NCBI GenBank assembly: GCA_051530055.1
Contig: CM121342.1
Location: 13,097,480 to 13,161,479, forward strand
DNA from: Neoechinorhynchus agilis
Taxonomy: Eukaryota; Animalia; Acanthocephala
DNA: 64,000 nt
Direction of reading: 5' to 3'
A program made the position numbers and the translations under genes. Each line of letters opens with the position of its first letter. The first letter of the stretch is position 1. Shown piece after piece: positions 49,271 through 61,598 of the stretch. Below the pieces are notes generated by a model. It was not told the origin of the DNA, made no database searches, and was given only the letters and a program-made list of their open reading frames with translations.

Positions 49271-50707
49271 TCATTTTTTTCTATATTTTGTAACACGCTT
49301 CCAGAATTGCACCAATAAGAATCCAGCACCGATAAAGGCGTCGCAGACGAGTCCAAGCATTAGATCGTACATTGGGACGCAGATTGCAATGCATGTGAAA
49401 ATGTTCATGAGTGCGTAGGTTCTACTGTCGACTGGGTTTTGGGATGGATGAATTGTAATCAAGAATTTGAGTAGCAGTGGAACACATAAGAGTCCCATTA
49501 TGATCGATAATCGTGAAGCGCTTATGAAGGAATCATTGTTACATGGCACGTAGAGAAACGTCGATTGATGAAAGCGCTCAGCAAGATTGTTTAGTGATCG
49601 CAGTTGAGTTTCAAGGATATTGATCAACGCTAACGACCAATGATAATCAATAGCATTGTACAAGTTTGAGGAGGTGGCAATCGATCTTTTTAGTACAGAG
49701 AGGACACTGATTGTTTCCACTAATGTGCCGGTTTTTCAAAAAACATAATTACAAAAAAGGCCAATTTTTAACTCTGCTAGGGTATAAAATACGATCTTTA
49801 GCTATTTTACAAAAAAGAACAAATGCCATTTAAACTTAAAGTTAGCGTTTCTATTCGATATTCATTCATGATTGCATGCATCGATTTTTCTTTGTTGGCA
49901 AAAGCAGCGAAAATATTGAACGGATGCGCTTCTTCAATGACACACAAAAGTGATCCGTGAGCAACGCAGTTTCGGTAAGTGGACACAACCAGGTCCATGT
50001 TGGGTAGATCGCGCAAGAAGAAGTTTCTATCCGCGACCGATAACTCTAACTGATCGGCAAATCCATTTCCGAGATCGAAAATTAAGGCGGATAAGCACGT
50101 GCCAGCTCGTTCACCTACGAATTCCTGGAAACCGTGGTAACCGTCGAGCCATCGAGAGAGCGAAGTTGTTGAATTGACCAGCAATAAAATTAGATCTTTT
50201 GACCAATAATTGCGATTAAGATAGTTTTTAACCAGTGTAATCAAACGACCATGTGGATCGATGTCTGCGTTACCCTCCAAATCCACATGATCCAATAAAC
50301 GCACTTGACATCCCAATCAGATTTCCCTTTCCTCGAAATGGCACTATTAACACCATGGATTCGATTGACATGAGGCGTTGTGCTCTGAATACAACATGAG
50401 CACATCCATCATTGACATGAACGCGGTATCCATGCGGACTGAACGTTCGATTCAATTCTCGAATACTTCTACTCATTTGGTCTTGGTTCTTATGGAGCAA
50501 TCTAACCATGCGATCAAAGCTTTGAGTGTCATCTATCTCGGGTCTTACAAGACCTGGAGATAGCGCGTATTCCGAAACGCGGGACATCGACTCGCTCAGT
50601 GTCGTGGAACACAAGTGGAACATTAACAGGCCAGAGAAAAAAGCAACGGAGGAAACCAGGAGGTAATTCAACTTCAGTTTCTCAATCGGCGCTCGTTTGG
50701 TTAACAT
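49271..50707 (-). CDS. GPAA1: GPI transamidase subunit GPAA1 (multi-exon)
   Basis: SEYALSPGLV, FRAQRLMSIESMVLIVP, NYWSKDLILL, LPNMDLV, hydrophobic C-terminus. A 40-nt GT-AG intron joins the first two ORFs. Confidence 0.8.
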
Positions 50708-50779
50708 TGTTGAATCTGAAAATCGTAATTCAGGAAAGAGTTGCAAGAAAAGACAATACAAACGCGACGTTTCATCGTG

Positions 50780-51115
50780 CCGACCTGTAGACCGAATGGT
50801 GTCACAGTATTTCCGTGGCGAGGGAAGCAAATGCTTTGCAGCATAAAATTCGCCAATGTTGCAGCAATGGCCGTTGAGGAACGCAAAAAAGGTTAAAATC
50901 ATTATTTCATTCTCATTTGGCGCCGAGATACTCAAGTCGTTTGGTACCGCCACGGAGGACGTGATCTCAGAAATTGTCCAAAAGACTAAGACGAATCACT
51001 GACTATTCGAGGGCAAGAACATTCCTCCTGTAAAACCTGGCCAACGGGGGAACGCTGCACCCGTCCTTTCGACCATTACACCAAAACGGCAGCTGAGTGA
51101 TTCAAGGCGGTGGTG
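50780..51115 (+). mobile_element. Decayed CRE 3' fragment immediately upstream of GPAA1
   Basis: RPNGVTVFPWRGK...AAMAVEERK...FGAEILKSFG...GQRGNAAPVLSTI. Confidence 0.7.
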
Positions 51116-51179
51116 TGAACGATCATAAGCTCTTCAAGGGAATCTAAGTATTTCCTTGTGCCTAAAGGTGTAACAACAT

Positions 51180-51700
51180 TGCAATAGTTTCTTCCTGCGA
51201 GCAGAACTAAAATCAATCGGAGAATCAGCGATTAAGAAAGGAAATCTTGGCTCCATGAGGTAATCGATGAGAAAGATGTTAATAACTCCCCATCGGAACT
51301 TTTTAATGGCCTATGAGTTGCGTCTATCCTTCTTCTGTCAAATGCTTCAGTTTACGGGTGAACAATGAACTGTTGTTCATTGAGTGTGGCTTCTTCGTTC
51401 AATTACGTTCGAAGGCGACAGTGAACGGATAATAAGTGGGCATGACGGCGAAGATTGTATATAAATTTTCTTCCTTTAATCAAGGTCTAAATAACCACTT
51501 TTTATGCTGTGGAGCGCGGATAATCGTCGAAGAATCTTTTAAAAGTGTACATGGGGAACGAAAAATTGTTATTTGTGCCGAGAGCGATCACCTAAGATTA
51601 CCGATAATTCAATTGGGCGCCTAAATTTGTCCATGTGGAGTATTCACGGAAATGTGCATGTCTACAATTAAGCACCAAAAGCGTCAATCAAAATCGGTCC
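51180..51700 (+). mobile_element. Highly decayed PIF1/Helitron helicase fragment
   Basis: EILAP, PSELFNGL and LCCGARIIVEE...LRLPII resemble the Helitron helicase motifs ILAP, P.EFLNSL and LCNGTRLIV. Confidence 0.45.
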
Positions 51701-53481
51701 TGTTGTTATTTATGCTGCCTGTCGACATCCGAGAGGGATTATTAAAGAATAATTAATGTTTCGGCTGATTGAATCAGTTATTATCAATTCAATTATTAAC
51801 TACTAATATTAATTCGTCTTTAATGATCTCCCTCGGGTGTCGACAAGCCACCTAAACAATAACATATCCCCTACCACCACACGAATGCAATCCTCAATAT
51901 AAAATCTGTCTTTGTAGTTTTTTCATTACCTTGAACCCGAGAATCAACGTTGTACAAGGACCTTACGGTGACGCTCATTCAAACGTATGCCCTCCATTAT
52001 GTTCATTATTCACTTTGTCAATAGCAAAATCTTCACAACTATAGCGTCCATGTCCTTGTGCACCAAAGGGAAAATTTTAACAAAAAATAATTTAAAACGT
52101 TGTACTCTTAAATGTTTTATTAAAGCTGGGAGGCTGTTAAAATACCGTTCAATGTAACAGATTTAGGAGTCAGCCAACAGTGGTACAGGTCCAAAGATTT
52201 TATACTCTACAGTCTAAACTTTGTCGCAGATAAAGAGGTGAATATCGAACGAGAGGGAAACAGGACAGTAACAGTTCAAGACTGCTAGAAAGCGTTACTT
52301 TTATCATGTAAGTTATATTATTAAACAAAAAATCGTCATTTGCTCGACAAAAGAGTTTACGTAATTTATTGCAAATAGGAAGGTTGTTATTTGCGCATCC
52401 TCTAGAAAATGATATAACGAATCGCGTTCTATGAGTTATTTTGAGGTTTTTACGAATCTATGCCACATAAAGTATGTTATTTATGTATTCTCTACAAAAT
52501 GACACAACGAATCGCGTTCTAAGGGTTGTTTTGGGGTTTTAGGGAATCTTAACCACATCCCTTCAATGTGTGTCCTTTTAGAACATTTCAAACAGAAATG
52601 AAAAAAGACGTTAAATGGGTCGGACGAAGAGGTCTTCGTCGGAGAGTTTATATGGAGCAATCCAAGATAAGAACAGTATGTCATTCTCGATACTACCAAT
52701 CGACTAATCAGATCATTAGAGGCGAATTTATCGAGGATTGATCTCACAACTTCTTTCAATACTTCGTAAAGAAAGTGTGTGCAGCGATGAACTCCTTAAA
52801 CTCGTGTCTAGGGTAAGACGGGTTTTCTAATTAGTACCTCTATACCAAAGAATAGAGATGGCAGGTGAAACTTACAGAGCAATCCGCAATTGAAGCCAAA
52901 GTGAAAGGTTAATTTGAATAATGATATCCATCTTTAGATCTTATAATATTGCTGTTAGTTGAAGATTGTCCACGCTTCTCTTCTAAGAATTTAAAAAGCG
53001 AATGCGAGTCGTCTAATGTGAATTGTGAATGTCCTTTCCAAAATATATTTTCGCATATTAATGGAAATCACAGTGGACAAGAACACAACAAAATGCATCA
53101 GCGATTACACGAAGAGCTGCACCAACACCTCAACCTTGGCAACAGACATGGCTACTGGCCTGAAAGAGAATGGAATCAAGCGAGCATCATATATGATGCA
53201 GTACTGTTATACAATACTCAAAATGATGAAAACATTGAGGAAAAGGAAGTCGTTGTAAATGGTAGCGGTAAGAGGTGATTTCAGACACTTCCTGACGATA
53301 AACTGCGAATGCCTAGAATCAAAAGTCAGGCGAATGGATTCGCTTATGTGCTTTAAATTCGAGGATTCATTCCCTTGTTGCGAACAGCATGAGACTGACC
53401 AAGCGAACAATCTGGACGACTCTATGTTATTGTTAAATACCCAAAAAGAGGCGTTCGTTTGTAGAAAGGAAAGAGAACCGC

Positions 53482-54282
53482 ATGGCGATGGTAAAAACTA
53501 ACTTGGATAGAATTTTCATAATTCATTATGAATTTTTAGATAGAAATGTGAGGCGGAGTAGTGAAATCATCTACAATCTTTCAAGTTCAAGCACGGTAGA
53601 TATTGATTGTATCGAGAAGTCCGGTATGGATTGGTCTAAGATAGATCACTCAAAATGTAAAAATACAAAGGATAGAGATTCGGTTGAATTAGGGATCGAA
53701 CCGTTATGCGCTGTAATAACTAATCGTTCGAAAGAAGATTACATATCATCGCCTACGCCTGATAACATAGGAGAAATTAATATGAACGAGGATATAGATT
53801 TTGATGAACAAGAAACTATGCATTATCTCAATGAATTTAAGCAGCGTAAAAATAGCGTTTCAAAGTTTGAAACAATGGAAAATATTGACAAGGGAATCGA
53901 TGTAAATTGTATCATTCGTGATTGTGGAATTAACGATAAAAGTCTCAACCCAGACTTGAAGAAATGTCTCACAATGGGCAACACGGACGACATTTTTAAG
54001 GACTATTTGTGTAAGGTTGAATCTTATGGCGTAGAGGATGATCCCTTAAATTCAGACGATGATATTTCGGTACATAATTCTTTGGATGAGGAACAACAAT
54101 CGATTATTTGCTGCAAATACGTAAAATACAGACGGCAGCAGAAAAGATACAGATTTGAGCTATCAGCGATTGTTGCGCAAATTGAAGGAAAAGACTTTGT
54201 GTTTGGTAATGGATGCGTTCGAGCAAAAAATGCAGGAAAAGAAGATTATGTGAATTCTTCAAAACATAAGAAATACATCTGA
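53482..54282 (+). CDS. GTF2A1: Divergent TFIIA large subunit (alpha/beta)-like; main 3' exon, 5' exons probably within 52777-53480
   Basis: GVEDDPLNSDDDIS (cf. QVEEEPLNSEDDVS) and IICCKYVKYRRQQKRYRFELSAIVAQIEGKDFVF (cf. VVVCQYDKIHRSKNKWKFHLKDGIMNLNGRDYIF). Confidence 0.72.
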   Translation: MAMVKTNLDRIFIIHYEFLDRNVRRSSEIIYNLSSSSTVDIDCIEKSGMDWSKIDHSKCKNTKDRDSVELGIEPLCAVITNRSKEDYISSPTPDNIGEINMNEDIDFDEQETMHYLNEFKQRKNSVSKFETMENIDKGIDVNCIIRDCGINDKSLNPDLKKCLTMGNTDDIFKDYLCKVESYGVEDDPLNSDDDISVHNSLDEEQQSIICCKYVKYRRQQKRYRFELSAIVAQIEGKDFVFGNGCVRAKNAGKEDYVNSSKHKKYI

Positions 54283-54859
54283 ATATTAAGGTTTAATGTT
54301 GTTAGCAGATAGATTTTGCTCGCATAATAAATATTTAAGCGTTGATTTCGAAATATTTTACAATTAAAAAGTGTTGCAAGTTACAGCATTTTATTTCATA
54401 AAATTGAGGCTATAAAATGTTCTCAGAAATTGAGGCTAGGTTCAATAGCGGGCAGACGATGATGTCTCATTAAAAAGCGAAGCCGACGTGCAAGTAAACT
54501 GCATGTGCAATCTAAAACCTTCATCGATTTGTGCGGGTACGGTTAACACCGAGATGTATCTTATTTACTACATCCGTGTAATCGATTATAAGAAAGATGA
54601 ACAGCTATTCATATTGAACTTAAAGAGTTATCTTGAGTCACATCTGCCTGCAAAAAATTTCGTGTCATCTTTTGTAAAGCAAGAATTTTACTTTCCTGTA
54701 TCTACTTTTCACTTGTTTTAAATAGACGAATTCGGTACTCCGACCGATTTCAGATTATATATTACACGGTTATAGTTCTGTCTTGCATAAAATAAGTGGT
54801 AAGCAACCAACAATCTAAACGAGAGCCGAGTGCACGTATTTTGATACGAGTTGGTAACA

Positions 54860-55797
54860 ATGTTTAACACCCACTCGTATAAAATCAATTATCGACGAAG
54901 AAAAGTAGCTTGTTAAGCCGCTGCAGCACTAACGATCTTCTCGACGCTTGTTTATTGGTTCGATTTAAGAGCAACTATTCGTGATTTTCCTAAAATTCTG
55001 ATACCAACACAAGGATTCACGTTTTGCTGCATTTTGACGGTTAATCCAAAAGAGTTCAAGAAATTTCATAGTACTTACGAAGCATGGGTAAAGGAATGCA
55101 AACCACTTTTGGTCATTGGTCCAAGTCTTAACGAGATTCAACAAGTTGCACACAAGAACGAAGATGTTATCTTCCTTAACTCCCAGCACACATATCATCA
55201 ACATCTGTATGAGAGAACATTGATGGGAATGGAATACATTCGAGACAATTTAAAGGACCAGTGCCCGTGGATTCTTAAAGCGGATGATGACACATTTATT
55301 CACACGGCGAATCTTGAAAAATTTCTATCTGTTAAAAATTCATCTGAGCCAATCGCATATGGATACAGGTTTAAAACCCATTTTAGTGGGGGTGCCGGAT
55401 ATGTGATCAGTAGAGCCGCCCTGGGAAAAGTTCAATTTAGAACTAATAAATGGTGTACCTTGGAAGGACATGAAACAGGTGCATAGGATGTTGCGTTCTC
55501 GTTTTGCCTCAATAGTTCTGATGTGCCTTTTGGAAATGCTGTCGAGGAAAACGGATCTTTTCTCTTCCATCCACTTGCGCTGCAAAGTTTCATGAACAAT
55601 GCAATTCCTGACTGGATGTTTCAAAAAAATCGTACTGCAATCAAAACGGTTCGTAGAGAATGATACATAAATAATTTGCACCTATTATCTAATTTTAGGG
55701 AGCTGGTTTCTGCACAAAGAACGTAATTTCGTTCCACTATGTTTCGCCGGAGGATATGCTTAATTACAAACAACTAATTGATGCCTTTTGTCAGTAA
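54860..55797 (+). pseudogene. C1GALT1: C1GALT1 (T-synthase)/Fringe-like glycosyltransferase with two in-frame stops
   Basis: Reading frame from ATG 54860: TM anchor, WILKADDDTF, FSGGAGYVISRAAL, DVAFSFC, FHPL, ISFHY. TAA at 54914-54916 and TAG at 55484-55486. Confidence 0.7.
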
Positions 55798-57406
55798 AAT
55801 TTTTATTAATAAACATATTTATGATCGTTGTCATTTTAAAAGAGATTTAACACAGGTGAACAAAATCTGATATAAATTTAGTATTTTTGCTTGAGTTCTT
55901 TTTCTTTGATTTTTCGAAATTCGTTATTCAGTAATAACCTATGAGAAATTTTCGTTATTCTCATTGAAATTAAGATCCACCAATCAAAAAGCAGGCCTGG
56001 TATTTTGCTAATTTATAATTTAAGTATTGAAACAGTAGAGAAAGACAAAGAATATAGTTGTTTTGACTAGGAATGAGTTAGTCGTTGCTTGTAAAACGCG
56101 TCTCACCGTGAACGCAAATGATCTTTTGTGCTTCTCGAAATTTCTTTCAACTAAGTGTTTCAATTTTTTCAGAATAAAATTTTTATATCTTGGAACAAAT
56201 CGTAATAGAATGATTGTTTCGTTACTGCTTGAATGCTTAATTCTGTAGCTACAAGACAATCACTCTGCTTCAATAAGAATACAAAATCCTTAAATTTTAT
56301 GAAGTAATAAATTTATTTCATTGCGATGATTCAGGTATTAAAATGGGCGAGCCGTTGCAAATTTGAACTTTATTGAAAGCATTAATTCTTTAATGGCCTA
56401 AACTCATGCGATAGTAAATTCTTTAATTAAATGGTAGTATTGCAGTACCTTATCAGTCCTCTCTTCCAGTTTAATTTAATAATCATTCCTAACAACAAGT
56501 GCAATTCAATAGTGACTTTTCATTTTTCCAGTGAAAATTTTCGATTCCCCTTTTACAGTAAAAAACCCAAAAACTTAAAGAATTTTGGTTGGGGGAATGC
56601 TTGATTATATTGCCAGCAGCGTCTACAACAGGAGGCTCAAGTGACTTAAATTGCATTTTCTCGCCGCGAGGCGCTTAAAGTTGAGAGTCACAACCCAATT
56701 CCACGATTTTTCGACTTGCTTTTAACTAAAATGATTAAACGAAGTCATGAGCTTTGTTTCGCTAAGAAATCATTGTGAATGTATGTATAATTCTTATGAT
56801 ATTCGGATTTGTTTGAAAATTTTACAGATTAATTGAAGATAACGATTACGATGCTTCGGATTTTAACCAAGTAATAGTGATTGGAAGTATCTGTCATTAA
56901 CCTTAAAGATGATTTGGGTACTCGTTGGAATATTTCTTAAATTGGATCACATCAAAACAAAGGACAATTTATTGATGCTCTATCTTATTATTAAGTTTCT
57001 GAATTACGCTGTTTAACTATCGAGTTCATGTATTTGACGACAAAATCTGAAAAAAATTTAGTGGAATCGAGTCAGTTATAATCAGAAAAAGAAATTTCTA
57101 CAATAAAAACAGCACCCTAAATTTTCGTAAGATTCAAGTTCATGTACTTTTGTCAACCATTGTTTCATAAAGAAAGATAAAACGTGATAAGTAGAGCGAA
57201 TAGAATGTCGAAATAGCGATTTACATTTCCGATAATGGCGATTACTTTAAATAAGTATTATCAAGTTCGCTTAATTATTTTATGGTGTTTTCGCTTGGTC
57301 AATATCATGCGGCATTTCCAATTGCAAAAACTAATTTATTGTGATGGATTCTAAGAGGAATTCTAGAGCTAAATGAACTACGTAAACTAAGGTCTACCAA
57401 TGACGA

Positions 57407-57802
57407 TTATTTCTTTCCTCGTTTCTTTTTCTTCTTGCACTTTCTCTGCTTTCGTTTATAATAGTTAGGATTGTATGTGATAACTTTTAGGCCATCTTCA
57501 AGTAGTTCGACTTCGGTTCCAACTTGGTACATCACCTTATCGAAGGAGTAAACCCAGATATTCTTATAGTTTCTATAGTATTGGATATGCCCATAAAAAG
57601 CTATAGAGTTTTTTGCGGCCGGAAACACCGTATCGTGCAACGTTTCTTCGAATGTCTTCATAATTACTTCAAACATATCCGCTGGGAGCTCACCGTTCTC
57701 AATGAGATCCGTAAGTGTTTCCTGGAGAGAATTTCCGATCTTTGTCCAGCGGAAGAAGTTCTTGTATCTCGGTAAAGCAATTAATTGGTCTTCGTCAACC
57801 AT
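57407..57802 (-). CDS. GTF2A2: Divergent TFIIA small subunit (gamma)-like
   Basis: FRWTKIGNSLQETLTDLI (cf. YRNTTLGNSLQESLDELI), GHIQYYRNYKNIW (cf. GSLNTYRFCDNVW), basic C-terminal tail. Confidence 0.85.
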   Translation of the reverse strand: MVDEDQLIALPRYKNFFRWTKIGNSLQETLTDLIENGELPADMFEVIMKTFEETLHDTVFPAAKNSIAFYGHIQYYRNYKNIWVYSFDKVMYQVGTEVELLEDGLKVITYNPNYYKRKQRKCKKKKKRGKK

Positions 57803-58162
57803 CTAAAATGTCGCTGAACTAAGAGATGAGAACGTGATAATACAGACGCGTTCAATGACAACCTTTAGTAGAACTTGATTTACGATATTTATAATTTTTT
57901 TCAAAGTAGCAAACGGATGGACACTATCTAATACGATGCACCAACAAAATGTGATGTTAAGCACCAAGACCTAACATCAAGAAGCAATATTATTCGTTAG
58001 ACATAATTTAATATACATAATATAGAGAATCAAGAGTGTAATGTTGTATCACCTCTTTCAATTAATGTAGCACGACCTTGGAAAAGGTTACTATATCTAC
58101 GAAAAAAATAACGAATTTTGTATTGAGTTAAGTTATTTATTTTTAGTGCTATAGACGTTAAT

Positions 58163-58370
58163 GGGGCCGAGTGGTGTGCGTTCAGAATGCGCTATGTATG
58201 TCGCTGGTTCAAATCCACTGGTCGCTTGGTTCCAGGAGGGTTGCGAGGCTGCTGGAAGGGTGGGGTCAAGTTTTGAGATCGCCCATTGGCCCATAAGAGC
58301 GTTGGCCCTGTCCCTTCGAGTGCGGCTGAGCGCCTCCGAAGTGCGTGAGTTAGCCGAAAGGCTCCCAAAA
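58163..58370 (+). mobile_element. Possible tRNA-derived SINE / Pol III-type element
   Basis: A-box-like GGGCCGAGTGG (58164-58174), B box GGTTCAAATCC (58206-58216), GC-rich body ending in an AGCC-GAAA-GGCT hairpin. Single copy in this window. Confidence 0.5.
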
Positions 58371-59130
58371 AGACATGCAATGATGCCATGAGTGTATGCG
58401 ATTTAGATAAAAATAAAAAGACATTAATGATTTTTTTATACATTCAAAAATTGCCCGAATCATTGAAATACAAAAAAGTTATCAGCAATATGGTAGCCAA
58501 TTATAGCAGTCACGATGTTATTATTGGTCGACTTATGCCATCGGCAATCTCTCATATATTTTCTAATGTTTATGGTGGTAAATATTAAATGACGCCAATA
58601 CTAAAATGTTGGTTTGTTCATATCGCTTCATTCTTCAATTTTTATTTGTAATTTTTTACTGACTTTCGATTTTTGAAGATATTAAAATGCTTTTTGTCAT
58701 ATTGACAAACTACTAGGATGCTTCCTGGCGTAGGATATCTTCGACGCATCAATTTTTAATTTAATTCCAAGCTACATTTCAAATATCAACGTGGCTATAG
58801 CGATGTTTGAAAGTCGGAGATAAAAATCTGTCTTTTGTGCATAAATATAAACGTCTTTTCTTGTTTTACAACACAGTAAATTAAAGCATTCGGCTATTTT
58901 TGGTGATTTTCAAAACCATTGATTTGATACGGAATTAACAAGTTGAGCATTGATAGTTTTATTTTAGAAAGCAGAAAGTAAAACACAGATTTTTTGGCGA
59001 TGCGTGCGTGTAAATTCGAACCAATGATTTAGAGTGGTCTGTACTTTTAGTCAAACCAATTATTGATGAATCAATTATGCTAGTTTATTTTTAACATCGT
59101 CTTTTTCTAATCTATCAAATAGAACCTTGC

Positions 59131-61342
59131 TCATAAACTATCGTTGAATTGAATTGGAGCATTAATGATCATTTCTCCACTTTCAGACACAGTCGAGCTC
59201 AGTTTATCCGTGAGCACATTGTCGGGCAAAGTGATCTTTTTCGTTACGGTCTTTGTAGACCCATCAAGTCTATGAATTTCTGCCTGAACTGTTAGCAGAT
59301 TTTTTCCTTGCAGAAAGAGTTTTAATTGACTAGGGTCAAAACCGTCAACATTCAGCTGCATTCTTAACGACGGCTGGCTTCCATCGCTCAAATCAACAAA
59401 TTCACTCTTAATATTCTCAGCAAGAAATCGATCAACCAATTCATTCTCCTCGACTTCTTCATAAGGGTGAGTAAAACTACGATGACGTGCATCTTCTTTG
59501 GAAAGCTCAATCTCCGTAGGAGGTTCTCGGTCGCATGATGATTGCCGCCTACCTCTTAATCTAAGGGTGAATGTTTCAGGTGGAGTTTCAATCGAACGTC
59601 TTCTGCGCTCTGCATCAGCGGGCGTCAGCATTTCGAGATATTGGGACTCCTGAACTGGCGTTTTGTCTTCGTTGACTCTCGGGTTTATTTGAGAATCTAC
59701 TTCGCGACTAACATGTGCTATATCCTGCTGTTCAGCAGCTGGGTCGCATCGTGGCTTCAATCGGAATGAGGCTGAAGTAGAATGAGCGTCGGACCGAGAT
59801 GGATGGTAAATATTTTTCTCAGCTTCTAAATCGTCCCATTTTTCCTCAACCGAATATGCTGCTTGTTGTTGCTGTTGCTGTGGCACCAATGATTCTGTAA
59901 TCATTGTAGACTTGGGTTCGTAATGATATGATACTTCTTGAGATTTCGATTGTTGCAAGGCCATCCAATTTGGCGTCTTCTGTTCCTGATATCTTGATGT
60001 CTGTTGAATTTGTGTCTCTCCTGTCACAGGATCTTGATGGCTGAAATTAGCTGGTTGTTGATTAACAAATCGTTCATCGTGTTGAAGTTGATGCTTAAAT
60101 AGCGTTTGCTGCTGTGGTGAACTTAAATGAGAAAATGACTGAGGAGCAGAATGTTGTTGACTGGTTCTTGGTTGCTGTAAGCGTTTAAGTGGCTGATCAA
60201 TTGATGTTTGTGGATGTTCTTCACGTCGCTGATCGTGTACCACTGATTTTTGAGGAGGCAGTTCGGCCGGTCCGTGGTGCTGTTGTTGCTGTGAATCCGA
60301 GCTATGTTGACTCGCAACTAGCAAGGATGATTTAGACCGATCCTCCAACTTTGGTGGTTGAACAGCTCGTGTTCGAGGAAGAATATGCGTGACTTCACTC
60401 GGCGCTGCGAATCTGTTCATAAGTTTCATTATGTCTGAAGATGCTTTTTTTGTTGAGACTGGGGGAGTGGGTTGTTGCGAGAAATAGGTTGGTTGCTTTT
60501 GTCTTAGCAATTGGTCGGCTCCCGGCTTCCATTCGACGTTTGTGAACGAGACTGGTGGAGTTGGTTTTGACTGTTCGAATGCGAGCCGAGAAGGCTGGGA
60601 TTGGGGTTGGGTAGCTTCATGGTACATAGACTGGGGAGCAGGTCCCGTTCTTTTTGATTCCGATATTGTTGTTGCTTGAAATATTTGATTTGGAGAAGTA
60701 GGTGGTGTCGATGAAACTTTGTCTTCGGATGGTAAATTCATGCTCGGTAGCACCGGTCCAGTACTTGTAAGTGAACCCTTCTTCGGTCCTTTTGACCTAT
60801 GTAAATGGAATTTGAGCTCTGACTGACTCTCACTTTTTGCCATCAGCATACTTTCACTTCCCCTTAACTCATCATCTTCAGCATTATCCGCAACTCGTTC
60901 CTTAAGAAGCGAATTTACACTTACTTGGCATACAAGAATGTGGTCATCGGCCAAAAACGCAATGATTTCATAGGCGGAATCTCCGTAGGAACCCGCCAGA
61001 GCTTGCAAGTTATTCGGAATTTTGTATCGTCTTTCAAAACTCTGTGATCCATAATAGTCAGCAGAGGAACGTTCATCTATACGATAAATCATTCCTTGTT
61101 CAAACGATATGATTTATCGCCTTTACGTGAGTTCCAAGAATGACAAGAAATCCTTCAGATAGTTTAATACTAATATCTTTGGAAGTGTACTGCTCGACGT
61201 CGATACTGACCCTAAAGTTCGGTCCATCTGTCAGTTGTTGCTGTGATTTGTTCTGAGGTTTTATGAGCCATGCAAATGAACTAAAGTTCAATGGGTTCCA
61301 ATTAAGAGGGTTGCAGACGTCAAATGGATCATGGGTTGTCAT
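59131..61342 (-). CDS. Small heat-shock protein with two alpha-crystallin domains and a long Q/S/P-rich linker
   Basis: N-terminal FRVSIDVEQYTSKDISIKL...GTH|DER...FERRYKIP; C-terminal LNVDGFDPSQLKL...KITLPDNVLTDKLSSTVSESGEMIINAP. Confidence 0.8.
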
Positions 61343-61598
61343 GAGGCGTTAATCCTTCCCTCGTGTGATATTTGTGAAGGTAGCAGGAGATATGTTTTTG
61401 TAGTCTGTTATGGAATTATCAGACTACGTTCCCTCTGTGTGCGTGTAAAGATATTCTCCTTCTTATGTTTCTCCTCTATCTGGCGAACAAAAAGAATGAC
61501 AGCGTGTTGGCATTGACAAAAATCCGGTGGAGTATGCGGGTATGTGTGCGTGTTAAGAACAACAGATTTTTTCGACATGCAAGACAACGAGATTATTT

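Noticed and set aside
50708-50953. 82-aa N-terminal extension of GPAA1 in the ORF track
   Set aside because: It overlaps the antisense strand of a CRE fragment; the Met at 50707 fits the homologs.
54914-55486. TAA/TAG reassignment to a sense codon
   Set aside because: TAA and TAG terminate intact genes here (H2B, LITAF, PDHA, TFIIA-gamma), and exons of over 1,500 codons contain no internal TAR.
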